The notes under the pieces are model-generated. The model did no database searches. It saw only the letters and a program-made list of their open reading frames with translations, and was not told the origin of the DNA. Positions 59,850-64,000 of a DNA stretch of 64,000 nucleotides are shown piece by piece. The first letter of the stretch is position 1. Every line of letters starts with the position of its first letter. This DNA comes from Phyllosticta citribraziliensis. Taxonomy: Eukaryota. The position numbers and the translations under genes were made by a program. Location of the stretch: the NCBI RefSeq assembly GCF_038025025.1, contig NW_027117339.1, forward strand, positions 2,480,001 to 2,544,000, written 5' to 3'.

Positions 59850-61169
59850 GCGGGCGGGCAGACAGCGCAAGGCAGAAGTGGCAGCAGTAGTACGTTCTTG
59901 TTCTCATCTCGCGCCTGTATGTCCGACGGTATCTACCCAGTCAGACACCAATCGACAATCTGAGTCTGAATCTGAATCTGCATTGATCTCTGATCGGGCA
60001 AAGCCGTGTCAGTTGTCAACCCGATGAAAAACTTCAGTACACCGACCAAAAGCCGCTCGTTCCCTTCGACCCCCTCCCCTCCCACGCAGCCAATCCAATC
60101 CCTCCGCTTCATCTCCATCGCACGGCAAGCGTGTGATAAGACAGACCGTCGAGCACGACAAAAGCGGCCAGACAGACACAAGGAATGAAGGGAAAGCAGG
60201 AAGAATATAGCCTTTGATTTCCGACAACCACGACTACTACGCCCATTCATCCCGTCCAACTGTCCAGCTGTCGCATTCCCCGCCGAACCCAAGAATACCA
60301 AAAAGAAGAAAAAAGAGAATTAAGCTCGCTTCCCAACAACCAGAAGAAACCACGCAGCCCCGGTCGCAGCATGCATCCAAGAAACCATCCGGGATGGCCG
60401 CGTGCCATCCGCCGTGCCATCCGTGCAGGAACCCTCTCTCTCCCCATAATGAGATGACAGCGACCACCACCAACAGAGTATGTGCGTAGAGAAAGACGGT
60501 CGACCGGTCGAGGCAGGGGAAAGGGGAAGAAGGAAAAGCGCGGCTCACATGGTGGTGGACGAACAACAAATTGTGGCTTGACTCTCCACGAGGGAGCGCG
60601 CTCCTTCCCCCTTGCTTCCAAGATGCCTCGAGCGCCGCGTCAACGAAGCTCAGAATGGCCCGCGTACCGTATTACCTACCCACTACGGATGTCCTCCGCA
60701 GGATCGAAAGATGATGGACAAAAGAGAACAAGGAGAGCGAAACCCCGCCGAACGAACCATTCCAGTTCTCCAAAAGGTATCGTGTTGTAGAAAAATCCCA
60801 GGCCAGTTACCAGCGAGGAAGAGGAACAGGGTGAAAGACACCATTAGTAGCGCTCTGGCACGCGCACAGGAAGCTCCAAGGGAGATAGGGACAGAGGCTC
60901 ATGATGAAAGTCACAAATGCAACCTAGGAAGCCGAGGGGACGGACAGCAAGGAATGATGACCAGCAGCGCCCTTGCCCTTGTCCCCGCACTCAATAGGGA
61001 CCGGGGAGTGTTGGGGAACGATTATGCAAAAAAGCAGTAGACAGCAGGCTGCAGTGCGTCAAGTGAGAGTGCAGGCGTGCGCCCATTTCGACGGAGAGAG
61101 CTTTGTGGTATCTCTATGCAAGCAACGTGTAAAAGACAGGCTGGCGTGGCGTTCGTAAGAGGCACCTCT

Positions 61170-63656
61170 TCAGCGCGTGATGATGAGCGAGAAGCCGTCG
61201 AGCCATTGCCCGCAGGAACCAGAAATGCCCGCAATTTCGTAACCGCGAGGAGGAATGAGCGTGTGCCTATGACGACGTTAGCCCGGCCAACAGGGAATGG
61301 ATTCCAAAGTCAACTTACCCACTGCCGCCAGCGGGGTTCCCGTAAATCTCGCTCTTGCGGTTCCGGTTGGTCAGAATCTGAATGCCGTCGATCCAGAGAC
61401 CAGCGCGCAGGTAGAAGCCCATGAGGATCTCGCCCTTGACCGTGTCCAGCTTGAACTCGTCACCTCCAGGCTTGCCGCCGCGCTTGCCGAAAAGTTGAGT
61501 CGTGTCGTCGTTGTAAACGAATTCGAGACCATCCACGGCAAACCCATGGTAGACTCTGATGGACATGAGGACCTTTTTCCTGTCGGGGCTCTTTTCCCAC
61601 CAAGCACTGTCGAGGATGAGCTCTTGCGGCTCGGATCCTTCCATCTGCGAAAATCCTAGCTTGGAGCCCGTCCAACCTTTCCGACCGTCTGGAAGCTTCA
61701 GGCGATTCTGTTTGGAATTTAGCTGCCCAATGTCCTCGACCACGTGCTTGCCGCCTCCACACGAGAAAATCTCGACCTTGAGTGGCTTGTTCCGCTTGTC
61801 TGCGGGGAGCTTGGAACGCAATTCCTTCTCCGTCACAGAGACCAGGCGCGGGCGATTGTCGAGGTATTCGATCCAAGTGTGGCACAGGTCGTCGCCTTGT
61901 GGGTAGAGTTCAATCCACGCAACACCCGAGTCTGCCGTGATCATGTTGCAATGCTCGGCTTTCCAAAACTGGACGCTCTCGTCGGCAGCCGGGCCAGGAT
62001 CCGTGGGTTGGCGGAAGCAGGGATGGAATCGGAAACGAAGGCAGTCGAGTCTGTGCCAACCGCACTCATCCTCCTTTTTGCAGACTCGCAGCCCTTGAGA
62101 GTTGGTGCGAGTGCAAAAGCCCTCTCGCGTGGTAAAGGTTCTGTTGAGTGTTACGTAGTCGCGCAGCATGACACCCGACTCCTGGTGAGGACAGCCAAAC
62201 AAATGACCCGTCTCATGCAGGTGCGCTCCGATGCCAATGTTGGCTGCCTCCCAGGTGGTTCCTGACTGATTGCAGTCGTTGGCGATAAGGCTGGTGTCGG
62301 TCTTTGTGCTGTCGGTGAAGGCCGGCACGACCTCTTCCATGCTACCCGGGTAATTTTGGAGCGCGTGGGAGCCAAAAATGGCCAGGGAAACCTCGCCATC
62401 TCCACCACCGAGGGCCGCATGTCCGCGCACCACCTGCTGTTCCGGGTCCCAGTGCGTGTCGAGGAACATGCAAGATACGTACTGCTTTTGCGCGGGAGTC
62501 GGCTTGAAGTGCTTTTTCACGGCGTCCATGGCGATGCCGAAAAGCGCGCCCTTGTCGGTGGCCGGTTCATGTTGCTGCGCAATGTTCAAGTCGCGCAACT
62601 CTGCGACGGTCTTTTCTGACCTAATGATGTGGATCCTGGCTTCGTTGCGAAACTGGCCGGCCATGGTCTCGACGTAGGAAAGCGTGCTCGGCGACCATTC
62701 CTCATCGTACCGCCAGCAACGTCGTCCAAAACCGTTGCGATGCATTTGCTCTGCCGTAAAAGCCTGCCACAAATATGCGGCCATGCGGAACTTTCGAACC
62801 GCAGTGTCGAGGCCATTGCCTTCGCGCTCAACCCGTTCGGGAACGGCATCATATGTCCCGGGCGAGTCTCTTCCCAGAATGATGGCCAAGTGAAGAGGTG
62901 GGACCGAGTTCAGTGGGAGATAAAAGAGTTCGATCCATGAGGAATGGGCTGGTATCGACGAACTTGAACCAGAGATCTTGGGAGACGTAAAGTCCAAGCG
63001 AAGCAAGTTCACACCGGGCTCCAGGACAACCAGGCACTTGAAATGAGAATCCGACACGAACCAGGACGTTGGCGGAAAGCTTTCCTTTTCGCAATGAAGG
63101 GTGACATGGCCGTCGAGGGCTTTGGAATCTTGGTCTCCGATGAAGCCGGAAATGAGGACGATTTTTTGATGGACCTGAGGAATCAGTCAACAGATGCGAC
63201 GGCTTTGGCAGACGAGCTAGTTACTTTGGCTCTGTTCTCGATCGAGGTGATTCTCGGGGCAAAAGGCGACGTTGGCTGGTATCTCGGCGGCAGAGGCGGA
63301 GGAGACGTCATGCCGTTGCCTCCCTGTATAAATGTCTTTAGTTGGAGGAGCTGGTTTGTGGCGCATCGAGTACTCACGTAGGAACTGTTGCGATGGCCGT
63401 TTGTGGTAATGGGTCTGACAGGAAGCGGCGGGACGGGAGTTGGACCGCCATTTACAAGCTTGGAGGAGGTAAACGAGTTCTCCGAAGGTAGCGAAGGGGG
63501 TGGCGTAGATTGCTGCTGATAAACGGAACTAAGGGTCGAGGACGATTTGCTCGTGGGGATTGAAGTGCCCGAGCCATTGTGGTCGTGAGAAGATCGGTCG
63601 CTCGAACGAAAGCTCCTAACAGACCTCCGGCGGAAGTCCTTGAGAAACGAAGGCAT
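61170..63656 (-). CDS. putative zinc metallopeptidase with a C-terminal jacalin-like lectin domain (yeast YIL108W-like)
   Basis: Start MPSFLKDFRRRS, HEXXH motif LHETGHLFGCPH, and jacalin-like DGLEFVY...LFGKRGG...WIDGIQILT. The last exon HTLIPPRGYEIAGISGSCGQWLDGFSLIITR* follows a GTAAGT..GCTAAC..TAG intron. Three introns in total. Confidence 0.9.
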
Positions 63657-63793
63657 GGTGACAGCGGACGCCAAGGTGTTAGCGTTGCGGAGCGTTGCGC
63701 TGCTGCAACAGGGATGGCCAGGCGGAGTTTGGCAAAGCTGGTGTATTCAAACGGTTGTGTGGGTTTGAGCGAGCGAGTGTTCTGGTTTGAGAA

Positions 63794-63820
63794 GAGGAGG
63801 AGGAGGAGGAGGAGGAGGAG
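63794..63820. repeat. (GAG)n microsatellite upstream of the metallopeptidase
   Basis: Read directly from the sequence. Confidence 0.85.
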
Positions 63821-64000
63821 AGGTGAGGAGAAGAAGGAGAAGGCGGAGAGGGAGACGGGAGACGGGGTGACGGGGTGACGCGAATGCGCTCTCGCTGATA
63901 AGATGAGGTACGAGGCCGCGCTCAGCGAACGACAAAGGCCAGCATGCAGACAGATGGGGAGAAGAAGAGTGAAGAGGTTGAGGAGGGAAAAGAGAGCGAA

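Noticed and set aside
4673..63656. Stop-codon readthrough (TGA-CTA) giving cryptic peroxisomal isoforms
   Set aside because: None of the TGA stops I checked is followed by CTA.

Overview
This is eukaryotic, GC-rich, intron-containing genomic DNA from a filamentous ascomycete (Pezizomycotina; Dothideomycete-like is an inference). I reconstructed about 17 protein-coding genes by hand-splicing GT-AG introns. They include RNase P/MRP p30 (RPP1), CK2-alpha, valyl-tRNA synthetase, two F-box genes, a DUF2235 hydrolase, a GH72 glucanosyltransferase head-to-head with beta-1,3-glucan synthase FKS1 and followed by LCB1, a 4-TM membrane protein and a jacalin-domain zinc metallopeptidase. I saw no tRNA, rRNA, CRISPR array or intact transposon. 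The most interesting signals are not in the ORF track. (1) A candidate telomerase RNA core lies at about 56.4-56.75 kb, with a TTAGGG template, an adjacent boundary hairpin, a pseudoknot-like element and an enclosing helix. (2) ValRS has an ACG-initiated mitochondrial-type presequence. (3) CK2-alpha has an in-frame hydrophobic N-terminal extension that is probably non-AUG initiated. (4) One gene appears to have its start codon split by an intron. (5) The 32.8-37.5 kb patch carries direct and inverted duplicated gene fragments. All homology calls come from motif recognition; no searches were run.
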